Source of the DNA: Chrysomallon squamiferum
Lineage: Eukaryota > Animalia > Mollusca
Assembly: GCA_012295275.1 (NCBI GenBank)
Contig: CM022672.1
Location: forward strand, 22,444,001 to 22,508,000
Length of the DNA stretch: 64,000 nucleotides
Reading direction: 5' to 3'
Position 1 is the first letter of the stretch; every line of letters starts with the position of its first letter. A model generated the notes under the pieces. It had not been told where the DNA came from. It worked only from the letters and a program-made list of their open reading frames with translations, and made no database searches. The position numbers and the translations under genes were made by a program. Shown piece after piece: positions 13,025 through 32,288 of this stretch.

Positions 13025-14743
13025 TTTTAAAAAGCCGACAGTAATAAAGAAAATAAATATATAATTTTTCGCTGATACATAATCCCAAATACACTTTAAT
13101 GCAGTTCATTTAGTCAAAATAATATCTTTTTCTACCACTGGTAATAAATTACAGTTCTAATCATCTTTTAACAAAAGACAGTATAAAGAAATTAATGTCA
13201 GTTATTAATCGTTTTTCTTTCTTTCTTATTATTATTATTATTTTTTTTTTTTCATTTTAGTGAGTGAGAAAGCTTTTCCTGTTAAAATCGAAATTTTCTT
13301 TATCAGTGATATGAACAAGTATTTTATTGAACTCGTGAAGACATTTAAAAAACTGCTTATTGCCTCATAGTATTAAAATAGATATAAAACACATGAGAAT
13401 AAAATCATTTAAATAAAAACACCATTTAAAGATGCAAATCGTCTTACAATTAACTACTTACTGGTGGAACATCATCATATTCATAATCGTCAACAGCAGC
13501 AGGTTCATCATCAAACTCATCTTTTTGAGTTTCTGAAATAGAAAACGTATTAAATTTATTATTACACAAATATGTCCATATATATGTCCCAAGAGGGCTA
13601 GAACTAAGCCAACACCAATAACAGTACTAAGGACTGAAACACTGGGATATAGTCATTTTATAAAAGTAGGTCATCCAAAATTACCGTACCTGTCAAAAGG
13701 AATCAGCAAATAAAAATGCTCACGTTCTGCTATGATATCTTCCTCTGGTATAGGTTCTATTGCAGGGCGGTCTCCAACTGAATCCACAGCCAAAACAGCT
13801 TTTTCTACCGTCTGTTCTTCAACAGCTTCGTATTTTTCTCTGGTTGAAGGGTTGTTCAAAGCAGATATGATCTTCTTATGCTCAGCATCCATGTCTGTTA
13901 AGCGGGACTCAAAATCCTGCGAAGTCAGGTCAAACACCATGCCACCAAATACTGCATATACAGGTTCATCGCCCGAAAGACTAGTTGACTGGGCTACCAA
14001 ACCTTTTTTTTTTTTTTTTTTTAAAGAAAAAAGTTTAAATTGTGCACTTCATTCAGTGAATATGCTGAAATTCATTTGAGGTTTGTGTCATTAGAAAATA
14101 TTTAAATAATTATAGAAGATTAGCCGTCTGCATTTAATTAGTAAATTTATGAAAAAAATTATCATGTCACATACTTGTACATAATACACATCCTTACCAC
14201 AGCTTACAATCTGCCTGGTGTTACATATATTGTCATGAAAGACAATTTTTCCTGCTTCCTTTCGAACAACTCGAGAAAATTCCAAGAAGGTACAACTACA
14301 GCTTAATTCGTGGTGTCGTATATCCCTGAAAATTTAAACATGTATCATTCACTTGTATACAATAATTATATAAAAATAAGTATGAATTGTCAAGTATGAA
14401 AATAACACAAAAAGTTCATGATAGCTTTTTATTTACAGTTTATATATGATTATCTGAAAAACTTTTAAAAACACTTTTTGGATAAAACAATTAGGTATTT
14501 TTTAAATTTAAGATCAAAATTAATTTCCGTAATAAAAATCTTAAATAAAATCTGGAAAACTCACACAATCATTAGGCCTGGTCTTCTTTCAATACACTTT
14601 CCTAGCTTTTGTAAATCTCTGTTTATTAACAAATCACATCTGACAACTTGGTTGATCAACCCACACCCTTCAAAGCAAAACTGGTAGGGCTTACCATCAG
14701 GAGTGTCTATAAGGGAGCATAATAGGAGCAATGCAATTAGCAT
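12936..14743 (-). CDS. Uncharacterised secreted protein (~220 aa): signal peptide, 8-Cys LRRNT/LRRCT-like region, acidic C-terminal tail
   Basis: Exons 14565-14747 (ATG 14743, MLIALLLLCSLIDTPDG), 14198-14325 (DIRHHELSCSCTFLEFSR...NICNTRQIVSC), 13724-14002, 13462-13532 (QTQKDEFDDEPAAVDDYEYDDVPP) have compatible phases. Stop is either CCG-TAA at 12936-12941 after splicing or read-through TAA at 13450-13452. A likely 5' UTR exon has its donor at 15272. Confidence 0.65.
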
Positions 14744-15221
14744 ACTCCTACAAATAATAAAAATAATAATAATAATAATTATTATTATTAATAAATATCA
14801 TTAATTATAATAATAAAATGATAATAATAAAAAAAGCAAACAGCATAAATAACAGTGGTATTAATAATTGTTATTTTATTATCGTTTTATTATGTGATTT
14901 ATATTCAAATAATGATTGTTTAAATATTTTGATTTTAGATACACACACGTTTAAATCATTTTTATCATGTTTGATTTCAGTTTTAAAAAAAAAAATTTAA
15001 ATAAATAATAATAAATACTAAAAATACGCCATAAAAACGTAGAATGAATAAGAAAATAATATAAAATAACTAATCCAAAGGATTTGCGTACAAATAAAAT
15101 TACAGTTCCTCTTTACAAAACAAAAATAAAATAAACAACTTCATAAAAGTTAATTATTTATTTTTACTACTAGTAGTAGTAATAGTAGTAGCAGCAACAA
15201 CAAATATGTATATAAAAAAGA

Positions 15222-15270
<49 letters not shown>
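15222..15270. repeat. (ATT)n microsatellite abutting a splice donor
   Basis: About 16 units. Confidence 0.9.
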
Positions 15271-15272
<2 letters not shown>

Positions 15273-15399
15273 TTCTTGGCTCTTCTTCAGGCAACCAATA
15301 AAATCTGGCTGCATTCTAGCCATTAAACATGTCTTTAAATATCATTTTTAGTCAACTATTTTGTAAATAAAATTTATAAAACTTCAACAGAAAAGTTTA

Positions 15400-15500
15400 G
15401 CAGACGACATACGTATCTCTCACGAGAATCGTCGTAGCAAACGAAACGTTATCACAAGGCACCGGATGTTACTGTGACGTTACATCCGGGATCCTCACCT
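15400..15500 (-). promoter_or_regulatory. Probable promoter of the secreted-protein gene: inverted pair of ETS-like CCGGATGT motifs (15462-15469, 15482-15489) flanking TGACGT
   Basis: CpG-rich patch upstream of the first exon; perfect 8-bp inverted repeat with a 12-bp spacer. Confidence 0.4.
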
Positions 15501-15727
15501 GTGATATTAAGGCTGTCTTCAACACTGAAATGAATTTATTTCCCAATGAAATTGTCCAAATAATATAATTTTTCTTTTCATATCAAAACAGAAGATTTTT
15601 TTTTTTTGTTAGTATGGAAAAAGAACACGTATGATATATTTACAAATTTTCGTGAATGGAAGGATCCTCAAAATTAAATACATCCAATTTTCTATGTATA
15701 ATCCTGGTTTTTTCCCCATTATTACTG

Positions 15728-15900
15728 GATACTTGCCATTTTGTGAAAAGTGAAAACAGGGACAATCTAATTGAGGGTGTCGGTCATGAATTTCTTTGTT
15801 TCTTTCTTTCTTTAAATTAGATGCTCTGAGATGCGAATTCATATCTTTTGGGATGATTTTACCTGATTTAAATTCGGACACGTTACACTTTTTTTTGTCG
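15728..15900. mobile_element. Degenerate non-autonomous DNA transposon (MITE-like) remnant
   Basis: Begins GATACTTGCCA..AACAGGGACA, resembling CATACTTGCCAAC-type termini; contains minus-strand GCATCTCAGAGCATCTAATT, a motif I recall from marine-invertebrate MITEs. Recognised from memory only; no second TIR found. Confidence 0.3.
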
Positions 15901-16247
15901 TTGGTACAGAGAGAAAAATAAAAAACGTAGTAACAAATAATTAATAAAGAATAAAAGCTATAAAATATACTAATCGCAAGTAATATGAGATCATTGTAAG
16001 GCATACAAAATTCTTAGTGTTTGGACTGGGAGTAAGGATGAATAAAATCTTTCTAACTATTGAACATCCAAGAAGTATTTATACAGATTTACTTTACAGA
16101 CGTCAAGATGTAAACATCAACAACTGGAGCTAAAGTTCTGAATATTTCCACTGTGTTAAAAACAAATGGTTACTCTCTTCAACTGTTTAAAAATGTAGCT
16201 TCAAACTTTTTTTTTTTTTTTAAATTATTATTCGATCAATAAAAGGG

Positions 16248-16316
<69 letters not shown>
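16248..16316. repeat. (ATT)n microsatellite
   Basis: About 23 units. Confidence 0.9.
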
Positions 16317-16318
<2 letters not shown>

Positions 16319-16764
16319 ACAGAGTCAGTTAATTTCGTATGAAGGAAAATTATTAATTACATAATTAGAAAGATGATAACAGTTATGCTGTTTTGGGAAC
16401 AGAACTAGAATAGAATGAAAATGAAGATGGAAGCTGGAGGAACAGCTGACCTGAGATTCTCGTTTTGGAATCACCCGACACAGCCTCTAGAAAAGAATCC
16501 ACAAACGCGATGCTAGATATACGACATACAGAGCGTCCTGAATTTAAGTGTGTGTGTGTGTGTGAAATGAGGCTGTATGAAAGGGACAGTGTTCCCCTAT
16601 TGTTCAGAAATTGTTACGGTAGCCCTGAAAATTAAGGTATGTAATAGGTAAGACTATTTTTTTTTCTGTTGCGTGCCTCCAAAACCATTCTCACGGAGGG
16701 ACGTATAACGTCTAGCCCGTTCCTTCCCAATTTAGCCGTACATACTTTACTGTGCCACTAATTC

Positions 16765-17210
16765 ACATATATGCATGTATGTATTTATGTATGTATTTTT
16801 TTGTGTTCATTTCTTTTACGTATGTGGGTGGTTGCTGTCTACATACATGTGTAGGTATGTAATGTATGTTTAGATGACTTATTTCCTTCTCTGTATGAAC
16901 GTGAGTATGAAGGGTGTTATGTCTGTGTATGTATACAAACATGTCTGTGTGTCACACATGTATGTAAGAAAGTTTCTGACTTTACGTGTTATCGTGCTTC
17001 CTTTACAATGTGTGTTTATATGTTTGTGTTTATGTTTGTTGGCATGTATATACGTTTATATTTTTAAATGCGAGTAAGTGTGTATGATTATAAGTGTGTT
17101 TATGTTATCTATGCATATGTGTGAGTGTGTGTACTTGTGTAAATTATGTAAGTTTGCATAGATGCATGTGTGTATATATATATTTGTACATACGTGTACA
17201 CATACAACAC
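16765..17210. repeat. Degenerate (TG/TA)-rich low-complexity tract
   Basis: Continuous TGTATG/TGTGT-type decayed microsatellite. Confidence 0.6.
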
Positions 17211-18389
17211 AGCGATACAGAGTTGTTCATAAAGTCATTATGAAGTCTCTGTGCATTTTTATAGCTAGTTAGATATACGAATATAAATTATAATAAATTG
17301 AAGGTAAAATGTTATGTATGTTCCGAATCCTATTTTTGTTGCTGTGACGGGCGAATCGAGAAGGCCCCCAACTTTCTTCCTTATTTTTATTCTCGTAGAT
17401 AAGTGAGTAGTTCTCTTTCCGTTGCAGCTTCTCCGCCCCTTTCTTTATTTGCGTGATCGTTTTTAACACTTTTTTTTTAGAGACAATGTTCCTTTAACTG
17501 GTATTAAATTTGTTTCGGTTTGCATAACGTTTCTGTCAACCATGTGACTTGGATTTGTATAATTTTTCAGAACTACCATTCTGAAGTAATAATACGTCGA
17601 TGTCTTTTCTAGTTCAATACGGAGTTCTGTCTCCTTAATAATCGTTTGTTTATTTTAAGTCTGTGGAAATTTGTTTCATAATTTTAAATGCAGTTGTTGA
17701 AGATTGAAATGTTAATATGTCAACCTCTCGAACACGAATGACTGTTACTGTTGTCAAGCTGTTTATTCAATAGATTGACGTCACACAATGGGTTACACAT
17801 TACTTTATATTAATTTATTCTGTATATACATTTTGCATTGCAATTACAGTTTTTGATGGAAAGAATAATTTAAATATTAATAGTAATATTTAGTTTTATT
17901 TATTTATTATTAATTAGTTAGTTACCGATTCGGATAATTTCGATCGGAAAACGAGTGTGCAGTTGTAACTGAACTCTTCGTCCGCTAATATTTTTTATTT
18001 ATTTACCATTATCATCAGCACCGTTTCATTATCATTATTTAATAAATCCCCATATAACAGTTGATACAAAGTATCCATGTTTTTATAGCTATTAATTTGG
18101 TATAATTTTATCAAATTTTGCAGACTTAACACTGTTAACAGATAATGAATTAGCATTTAAAAAAAAAAAAAATTTAAGCAATACAGGCTCACAAATTTAG
18201 CTGTAACAATTATGATGATAATGATGCACGTGCTTTCCTGGCTATGGAATGGTGAATGTAAAGTTGTGAACATCTATAGTAAATAAATAAATAAAGGAAA
18301 ATTCCTTTGGAATTTTATTGAGGGGTCATTGTTCTTACCACCATTGTATTTTAAAACAAACACAAAATACAGAACAAGACTGTTTTGCT

Positions 18390-21300
18390 TTTATTTATTT
18401 TTATTATTATTATTTTTTTTTTTAATTGAATACCACAAGAAAATATTTTACATTCATCAAATGGTTAAACCAAAAAATAAATAAATAAAGACAAATTATA
18501 GCCATTATGTTTGCTTTGCTTTGTTTTTACATTATTTCAGATTTATTATAACTTGCAATTCACATTTTAATATCACAACAATCTCTCTACTTTAAGGTTC
18601 CATCCAAAGAACAAATAGCGAGAAAATCTGCCAAATTGAGAATACTGTTTGGATAATACAAAAATTTGTCAGCCACTGCTGAATTAGTCTTTTAAAACTA
18701 CTACTTCACAATCATCTTATCTGTGACACCTTTCCTAAAGATCATTATTTATACTTCTTTTAAAAGAAGTCACAGATCAAAAATCTGTTCTCCGAAATTT
18801 TAATATATATATATCGTTTGTTTGTTTATTTTTTTAAAGGTTTAACATTAATCATTTTTTATGTAATTATGTACAGGTATAATTCATTGCTTTCTTATAC
18901 AAATTTACACTGTAGATTATTAAAAGACTTTCTTTGTTGTTCAGGCAAAGGATAGTTGACCTGTATTTAGACATTATTTAATTTAATTTTTATCAGTTGC
19001 TAAATAATAATAAAATAAAATAAATTAATTAAAAATATACCAGTATATACTGAAAAACAGACACTGTCTCAATAACATTTCACATTCATGAATTTTATAA
19101 CTTACATGAATGACCAAAAATTCTATCCGAATATAAATGACAGATTAAAAATAATAATACAAATATTTCAAAATAAAAAAAAAAAAAAAAATATCAACAA
19201 ATATCACATTTATCTAAATGATGAATGTAACAATATTTTCAGTTTGTGAAACAAAAATATTCCCAATACAATTCCTGCAAATACTCCCACACAATTAGAT
19301 ATGAATAAAAAAACTGAAATGGAATAAGAATGAACCAAATGCTTTACACCCCATATCATTCATGTAACATATATATATACATGAAGCACTGACTACTGTA
19401 CTATACAATCAAACACAGAACATTCTAAAGTATGTTGAATGAAAACATGATATTATGCATCTGGTATTCACAAAGCTGATGAAAAATGGGAGATCATGAA
19501 ATGTGCATTATATTCTTGCATAAAATACTCAATGCCAGCGAAAATTTTGCTGCGCTGTTGCCTTTAATATACCCAAATTGCATTCACTGCACAAGAGTTT
19601 TTATCTTGTGTATATAATAAAATAATAAAAATATAATATATTCAAGTGTATATTTTCCTTTCAGAGCAAAACCATTCATATTACAAGCATATGTTAAGGC
19701 ACAGTTAGACATTTGCATTCATATTTTAATCTGTTATACTTGCTAGATAAATATAGTGAGAGGAATATTTATTTTTTATTTTTTATTCTCGAAAGGTATG
19801 TTAAATACATGTACAGTATTATGTTGATTTCTGCCATTAATGTATGTATTCATTCAGAAATAAATAATTTCTTACAACCATGCATCATTTGAGATTTAGT
19901 GATGAAAAATGCATCAGGCACACATGCTTAGATACCTTAATGAAAAAATAAGTCAAACGTACTGAATGTACATCTAAATTTGTACATCATTATAAAACAT
20001 GATGTGAGATTTCTTTTGAAATTATGACTTGTGACATACAGGAATGGTTCAGAAACACCAAAGACAATTTACAGAATGAAAACATTGTAAAAAAAAAAAA
20101 TTGTTAGCACATAAAGAATGTTTGACGTGTAAGCTCAAGTGTAACTGAATAATGATAACATAAAAACAAATAAGTTCTAAAATGATAAATAATGGTATTT
20201 TTTTAGCACCAACTATGTATCTCTGTATGTGTATCTCTATACCTGCATTTGCGTGCATGTAAATAAAATAAATAAAAAATAAAATTCTATTTAAATATTT
20301 TGGAAATTAATATACTGAAGCTGAATACCTAAGCACTAATATTGTGAATTATAAAATTTAATTTTAACATTTACTTTATTATTATTATAATTTCTTTTAA
20401 GTTTCTCACAAAAAATTAAAAAATACAGATTTTGTTATCTGAAAACAGGATTTCTTGTCTACCAATACTGTTATCTGTAGTATGGTATTGTCCAATGATT
20501 AACTAATTAAAAACATATAAAAGATAACTAACAAGTGAAGCTTGGTTAAGATGATAAAATGCATTTTCTAACATGAACATAATAAAAGTGTATCTACTTT
20601 TCTAAAATTCAAAAGTATTGAGTTTGTCCATCACAAAAGTTGGTCCCATAAAATAAAATAATATAATACAATTCACATCACAATTTTATATATAAAATGC
20701 AATTTAAATTTACAATCATATAATAGCAAAACAATTTTAACAGTCACAACATAATAGGAGCATTCCATTTAAAATGCAAATAACAACTTTCTTGTATCTT
20801 TATCAATATGAAAATGTCTAATTCATAAGGATAAACAATTACTGAAGCAAGTATTTATCCTCTAAACAAATTCTATGAAGGCACACATCAAAATTTTTAC
20901 TTCACTCTCTTTACAATACTTTTAGAAGTCCAAGGCAAAAGATTATTTTAATTAATTTTTTTAGTTGTTTTTTTTCACATTAAAAGTATTTCCTTGACTT
21001 CAAACAGTTACTGTATTTTAATACCTTTAGATATTATAATTAGATATTATAATTAAACTTTGCTGGGATTCCCACACAACAATAACTGCAAAACAAAAAA
21101 AAAAAAAAAAAAAAAAAAAATATGAAAAAAAAATTGGAAAAAAAAGGAAAGAAAATAAAGGTATTTACTGAATTTAAAATAAAAAAACAACAACAAAAAT
21201 ACAAAACAATCTCTAACAAATGAATACAATATAAAAATTTTTTTTTTTACATGTAGATGAAGAAGGAAAAAAACTGAAATGAATTTAGCACCTAAATAAT

Positions 21301-22284
21301 GTTGCTGCCAAGATTAAAACACATCCACAAAACTGCTTCTGCTGAATTTAAAAAAAAAAGAAGAAGAAAAGTGTACATGTGTGTGTTTGTTTGTATTATA
21401 CATATCTGGGGGAGAGGAATCTGTTTCTTTTCTTAAATTTAAAAAGTTAAGATTGCATATTGTACATGATACAACATCAAATATTCTACTTATAAAGAAA
21501 AGGAGAAAAAAAGAGACAAGGCAAAAAGGCAAAAAAAAAAAAAAAATCCACCTCTTACACTAAGCTATATAAAAAATATAAAAATCATAAACTTATGAAA
21601 ATAACATTATTGCACACATACATAAATAAACATTAACTGATATATTAATTTGTTTGATAAATAATATTTATCATAATTATATACACATTATTACAATTCT
21701 TTTTAAACATATTCAACAGGATAAAAAAAAGAGAAAAGTTTCCTTCTGAATAAAAATTCTTTTAAAATTACCAAATAACAGTTAACAATAAACAAATCCA
21801 AACCATCAGAATCCATGCTGCAAAATACTAAATGAGGGATTCTCCCAAGTCCAAAAATATTTTCTATCACTGACATCAAATATACATTAACAACAGATCC
21901 TCTCAACTATAAAAATGGAAAAATTTAACTCTGAACAGAGGATTTAAAAATGTACCTTATTAAAAATTATCTTCCAAAATGTAATTAAAAGATGACAATA
22001 ATCTATTGAAAATGTTTTACAAATAGTTTGATAATGAAAGATTTTCTTATCTTTCAAAACTACTGCAAATTTAGATGTATTGCCCAATTATCAAGCAAAA
22101 AGAACAAGTAACTATCAAAGAAACATAAAAAATAACTTTTAAAACCTTCCTCCTTTGTTCTTTTTATTTTCTCTCCATCCAGTCCGGTATTATTTTAATA
22201 AAGAGATTTTTTTTTTTTTTTTTTTTTTTCTTTCCAAATGATTATGTCTACAATATTGATATGACAATGAGCAGCTGCACTAGA
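18390..22284 (-). other. Probable long (~3.9 kb) 3' UTR of ATF6
   Basis: No exon-like segments below the ATF6 stop; transcript-strand U/GU-rich composition; AATAAA clusters on the minus strand near 18390-18405. The end point is uncertain. Confidence 0.45.
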
Positions 22285-30102
<7,818 letters not shown>

Positions 30103-30818
30103 TCTAGAATAGAGGTTTAAATTGTAAACAATCGAATTTTCTAGGAAGAACACGCGAGAAAAATTAATATGGCAGCACTTATAATCCCAGAATCCTTTTC
30201 TACCGGTGACAACTTTAAATGTAGCTCGTGTAAATATTAAGTAACAGGAACCATAACACTAACAGTGTGATGCTGAGTATCAAATTAGCAAGATCAAATT
30301 TTATATCAAAATTCCCCTCATGTTAGCTAAATCTGTTCACGTTTATTGGATTAAAACGTACTTTGCAATAGCTTTTTAAAAAATAATATTTCTTCACACG
30401 ATCTTCAATTACACAAGACACTATTTAGAATGCACGCATTTATGTTTAAATAATGTTCGAATGTATCAGAAGAACTTTATTTCGACATATGAGAAATTAC
30501 GTACTCATTTTGAATTTGATAATATCGAATTTTGAGATTTTTCAAACTCCATAATCATGATAATGATGATAATATAAACTGTCATGTTAAACACGTTAAT
30601 ATTAATTTTATTTAATTAAGATTGCAACTAATGATTATTTGTAAATGTAATAAACCAACTTCTTAGTTACGTTGATGCAGCACTTTGAGAATTGGCATAA
30701 AATTAAATTACCCCATCTGTTTTACTTTAGCCTGGTTAAGAAGAACTAGTTAAGTGTAAGTTATAATAATTTTCAGACGGTGCGCAATCGAGGAAGAATA
30801 AATAAAGTAAAGGAAGCA
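30103..30818. promoter_or_regulatory. Short divergent (probably bidirectional) promoter region between ATF6 and the M16 peptidase gene
   Basis: Start codons at 30102 (-) and 30819 (+) face away from each other 716 bp apart; local CpG enrichment. Confidence 0.6.
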
Positions 30819-32238
30819 ATGGCTCCTTCCAGCAGTTTCGAATTTCTGTTTTCTGTGGTGGCAAATGGGAGCATTCCAGTATCAAAGTACCGTTCAAAGG
30901 ACACTGGCATTTGTGTCTTTATAGGACAAGTCGAAGGGCCTTTAGTTAATGGCTATTTTTGCTTGGGTATGTTTTATGTATTTCACAACTTAATTATTAC
31001 AGGTGTCGTCTGTTACTAAATTAAAAATAAAGCTTCATTTATGATTTAATCACTTAAATCAGTAACTTGAATAAGTTGGTGAATGACTTATAATATATAG
31101 TTAGACAACAGTCTCAATGACTTAACACATTAATGTTTACAAACTGTAATAAAATAAAAAAGAAATTTGTTCAATAATTTTAAAATATAATATATTCAAA
31201 TAACAAAAGGGGAAAAAAAAAAAAAGATGTAGCGCAGTGTCAGAGACTGGTTAATTTGTAATAAAATGGAAAAGAAATAAGTATCTATAAATGAGCTATT
31301 TAAATATATTTAAGTATTTAACTGTTAATTTCTGTCCACAGCAACAGAAGCACATGATGATGATGGACTGCCACATACACTGGAACATATGGTATTCATG
31401 GGGAGTGAGCAACACCCATACAAGGTACATTTATCATTTTAAAACAAGATAATAATTTGAATAGATTTTTAAAATTTATTTTAATAAAAGCTTTTTGTTT
31501 TAAATTACGGGTTTTAAATTTTTTTTAATCACAGTTTAAAAGAAAAGTTTGTTTAGCAACATAAACACTATGTATTGTTTACCAGCAATACATATATCTA
31601 TATTTGCTCATTTAGACTTTTGTTTTTACACTGACACTTGTAAAGTTATCAGTAAAGAAAATTTGACACACTGTATTTATTAGTTAGTGTCAAACACTTT
31701 TTTTTTTTTTTTTAACTTTCCATATTTCCAAAATTTGTTAAAACCTTTAACACATCTGTTGAGTGTTAGGTGGAAAACCAAAATTCAGTTTTAGTTATTT
31801 GTTAAATAATATTTCTTCATCCAGGGTGTTCTTGATGTTCTTGCTAATCGGTGCCTGGCATCAGGAACAAATGCTTGGACAGACACTGACCATACATGCT
31901 ACACAATGACCAATGCAGGATCTGAAGGTTTTCTTAAACTATTACCTCTCTACATTGAGCATATATTGTATCCCACTTTGAAGGTAAGTAAATTATCATG
32001 ATAAACACAATTTAATTTATTTTACTTTTAGTGGTTGAGGAGAAAAAAGTATAATAATAAAATTGATGAAAATGTCTTAACAAATTATTTGATGTGTGTG
32101 TGTTTGTGTACACATTCATACACATACATACATACATACATACATACATACATACATACATACATACATACATACATACATACATACATACATACATACA
32201 TACATACATACATACGTACGTACGTGTGTGCGTGTGTG

Positions 32239-32288
<50 letters not shown>

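Noticed and set aside
13732-14079. 115-aa plus-strand ORF
   Set aside because: Antisense shadow of the real minus-strand exon 13724-14002.
17216-17470. TACAGAGTTGTTCATAAAGTC resembling a Tc1/mariner TIR, with adjacent ORF 17269-17469
   Set aside because: No matching second TIR or transposase motif found.
17776-17783. Second TGACGTCA palindrome
   Set aside because: No adjacent first exon identified; an 8-mer can occur by chance in 64 kb.
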